A stretch of DNA of 36,855 bases from Octopus bimaculoides (Eukaryota): NCBI RefSeq assembly GCF_001194135.2, contig NC_069004.1:22429531-22466385 (forward strand). The letters run 5' to 3'. How positions within the stretch are numbered: position 1 is the first letter of the stretch; each line of letters starts with the position of its first letter. The notes under the pieces are model-generated. The model saw only the letters and a program-made list of their open reading frames with translations, was not told where the DNA came from and did no database searches. Position numbers and translations under genes: made by a program. Shown here in pieces: positions 34,278 through 36,855 of this stretch.

Positions 34278-34802
34278 GGCTTTCATTTATGCAGTGAGAG
34301 AGTATTTATACACTTGCCATAGGATAATGTATCCCTAATGTTTCAAACAGACATGAATGTCTGTTGATATAGATTTTAGAACAGTAATATAAACTTGGGA
34401 TTGTATTCACAGGTGTATAGGTGTGTATGNNNNNNNNNNNNNNNNNNNNNNNNNNNNNNNNNNNNNNNNNNNNNNNNNNNNNNNNNNNNNNNNNNNNNNN
34501 NNNNNNNNNNNNNNNNNNNNNNNNNNNNNNNNNNNNNNNNNNNNNNNNNNNNNNNNNNNNNNNNNNNNNNNNNNNNNNNNNNNNNNNNNNNNNNNNNNNN
34601 NNNNNNNNNNNNNNNNNNNNNNNNNNNNNNNNNNNNNNNNNNNNNNNNNNNNNNNNNNNNNNNNNNNNNNNNNNNNNNNNNNNNNNNNNNNNNNNNNNNN
34701 NNNNNNNNNNNNNNNNNNNNNNNNNNNNNNNNNNNNNNNNNNNNNNNNNNNNNNNNNNNNNNNNNNNNNNNNNNNNNNNATGATATATGTATGTATGTAT
34801 GT

Positions 34803-35171
34803 TTACTCTTTTACTTGTTTCAGTCATTTGACTGTGGCCATGCTGGAGCACTGCCTTTAGTCGAGCAAATCGACCTCAGGACTTATTCTTTGTAAGCCTA
34901 GTACTTATTCTATTGGTGTCTTTTGCCGGACCGCTAAGTTACGGGGACCTAAACACACCAGCATTGGTTGTCAAGCGATGTTGGGAGGACAAACACAGAC
35001 ACACAAACATATACACACACATACATATATATGATGGGTTTCTTTCAGTTTCCCTCTACCAAATCCACTCATAAGGCTTTGGTCGGCTCGAGGTTATAGT
35101 AGAAGACATACTGAATCCGGAACCATGTTGTTGGTAAGCAAGCTACTTAGCACACAGCCATACCTACGCCT
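34803..35171 (-). mobile_element. SINE family A with a different ~25-bp internal deletion
   Basis: AGAAGACATA is joined to CTGAATCCGG, lacking CTTGCCCAAGGTGCC...GTGGGA. Confidence 0.9.
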
Positions 35172-35859
35172 ATAGTATGTTAATATTTGTTTTTATGTTG
35201 TTATAAAAAGACAAATTTACATTAATCTGATGGATTACTCTATATTTTGTAGAGTACAAATTTATTATTTTTATACAAGAATGTTGTTGAAATGACTTCG
35301 AAGCTTTGACCAGCTTAGCAAGTAGTGAAAAAAAATAACCAAGAAATCTGTCAAGTGATGAAGTTTGTAGGTTTGTTTCACAATCTTAAGGTCGCAGGCT
35401 TGATTCTGCTATGTGGAAGTGTCTTTTACCACAGCCTGGTATGATCCTTGTCCTCAAATGAAATGAGCAGATGGAAACTGAAGAAGCCTTTTAGATGGAC
35501 TTGTACCTGGAATTCAAAGTGCCTACTCTTTTTTTTTTTTAGCCTACACATAAAAACAATGCGCAAATACAACTTACACATCCCTGAATATCTATCTATC
35601 TATTTGTCTGTTCTTTGATCTGCTTATTGGTCTGTGTTTGTATTCTGTTATTCTTTGACTAGTTTCAGCCATTGGACTATGTCCACGTTAGGACATGGCT
35701 TTCAAGGAGTTTTAGTCAACCATAACTACTTTCTGTATTTCAGTCTGGTACTTATTTTATCAGTCTATTCATTGAATGATTAAGTGGTACCTTTAGACAC
35801 AATTCCAGTTTTACATGTTTGTCATATGTGTGTGTTTGTGTATGTATGTGTCTGACTGA

Positions 35860-35893
<34 letters not shown>

Positions 35894-36385
35894 TTATTTG
35901 TTTTTGTAGATCTCTTTCTACATTTCTTAACATCAAAAGAGATTTCAGGTTGCTAGCACATCATTTCCAGAGTGTAAAGTATTGAATTGAATTGAATAGA
36001 AAGAGAGGAGGGAGGAATAGATATTTCAAAGAAATTGGGAAGATGTCGATGGTGTTGGTGGTGGCAATAGAAATGGTAGTTGTTTAGAGTTGATGGTAGA
36101 TAGGTTAGGGGTGGCTGGCTCATTCAGTGGACTAATCACTGACCAGAGATAGAGCTGAAATATTGGAAAATCAGTTTTATGTACATGGGTGGCTTGAAAA
36201 TTTTCAGTGGTAAGAAGTCAGATTCAGTGTTGAGTAAAGGGTAATGGTTTTTTTCTCTAAGTGTTTTTAAAAGTCAATTTTAACAGCGATTTAGCCAATA
36301 GCTACTGGTATTTAGCATTTAATAGTGACTTAAATTACTGTTTGTAGAGTGTTGGGTCTCACTTTATCATATCAGGTTCACTTAC

Positions 36386-36471
36386 TTTGTAAACTCACTG
36401 AAGTTGTTAATGCCTTCTCCTGCCATCTTTAAGACATTTCTTCCCACCCTGATCAGTAATATTATAGTTGT
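36386..36471 (-). CDS. Candidate exon of an unidentified gene
   Basis: Acceptor gatatcattacAG and donor AA|GTAAGT. The single open frame is TTIILLIRVGRNVLKMAGEGINNFSEFT; it could also be a start-codon exon (aagATGG). Confidence 0.3.
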
Positions 36472-36508
36472 CTGTAATGATATCATTTCAGGTAATAATT
36501 TTAACAAT

Positions 36509-36706
36509 ATTGTTATACTTGGGAAAGCTCATATTTTGCTAGTTAAAGACATGCACTATATATTTGGTCTTCACTTCAGCTTTATATATGACAAAAGAAC
36601 CTTGACAAAGAAACTAAGAGAATTGTAATAAAGCTGAAGTGAGGACCAAATATATAGTCTGTGTGTGTTTAAGTGGCAAAATACGACCATCCCCAAGTAT
36701 AACAAT
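36509..36706. repeat. Fold-back element / MITE with ~78-bp imperfect inverted arms
   Basis: 36509-36585 pairs with 36628-36706; the inner 31 bp (ACTATATATTTGGTC[T/C]TCACTTCAGCTTTAT) has 1 mismatch; 42-bp spacer. Confidence 0.85.
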
Positions 36707-36801
36707 GTCTGTTTCAACACACAATTTCACATCAAGAATCTTGCAAAACAAATACATAAACATAAAAATTTTGACATTGTTATCTATATATGTAAAACTT
36801 G

Positions 36802-36805
<4 letters not shown>

Positions 36806-36842
<37 letters not shown>

Positions 36843-36855
36843 GTGTGTGTGTCTG
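36806..36855. repeat. (GT)n microsatellite
   Basis: Direct observation. Confidence 0.95.

Noticed and set aside
34020-34286. ORF with a TM-like segment VLFFLMVSFIGMWLYW
   Set aside because: Starts in a microsatellite, and the hydrophobic part overlaps a degraded SINE tail (GTTTCATTCATTGG...GATTGACCCTAGTAC).

Overview
AT-rich, repeat-dominated eukaryotic (non-prokaryotic) DNA. The SINE/MITE families match my recollection of Octopus (cephalopod) repeats, so this is probably intronic or intergenic octopus sequence; this was not verified by a search. I recognise no intact host gene, and most of the ORF track is microsatellite, N-gap or repeat-derived noise. What is well supported is a set of decayed mobile elements: (1) a mariner (DD34D-type) relic at ~6665-7765 (-); (2) a full-length Buster-type hAT element at 8077-10938 with TIRs, a perfect 8-bp TSD and a lightly broken transposase, carrying two near-perfect hairpins; (3) a Penelope-like 3' remnant with a decayed hammerhead-like motif (~11130-11520); (4) hAT and TTAA/piggyBac-like MITEs; (5) a probable solo LTR at 19086-20241 (-) with CCAAT, E-box, TATA and polyA signals; (6) an internally deleted Helitron at 22111-23388; (7) a Tc1-like element with DD36E spacing at 25843-27104, the innermost layer of a four-level SINE>MITE>SINE>Tc1 nest; and (8) many tRNA-derived SINEs, RTE-like LINE 3' ends and microsatellites. 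A few short candidate exons with good splice signals occur on both strands but cannot be assigned to a protein. I found no evidence for a new multi-gene biological system. The best leads are the DD36E element, the nest, the hairpins inside the hAT element, the LTR promoter and the hammerhead-like motif.
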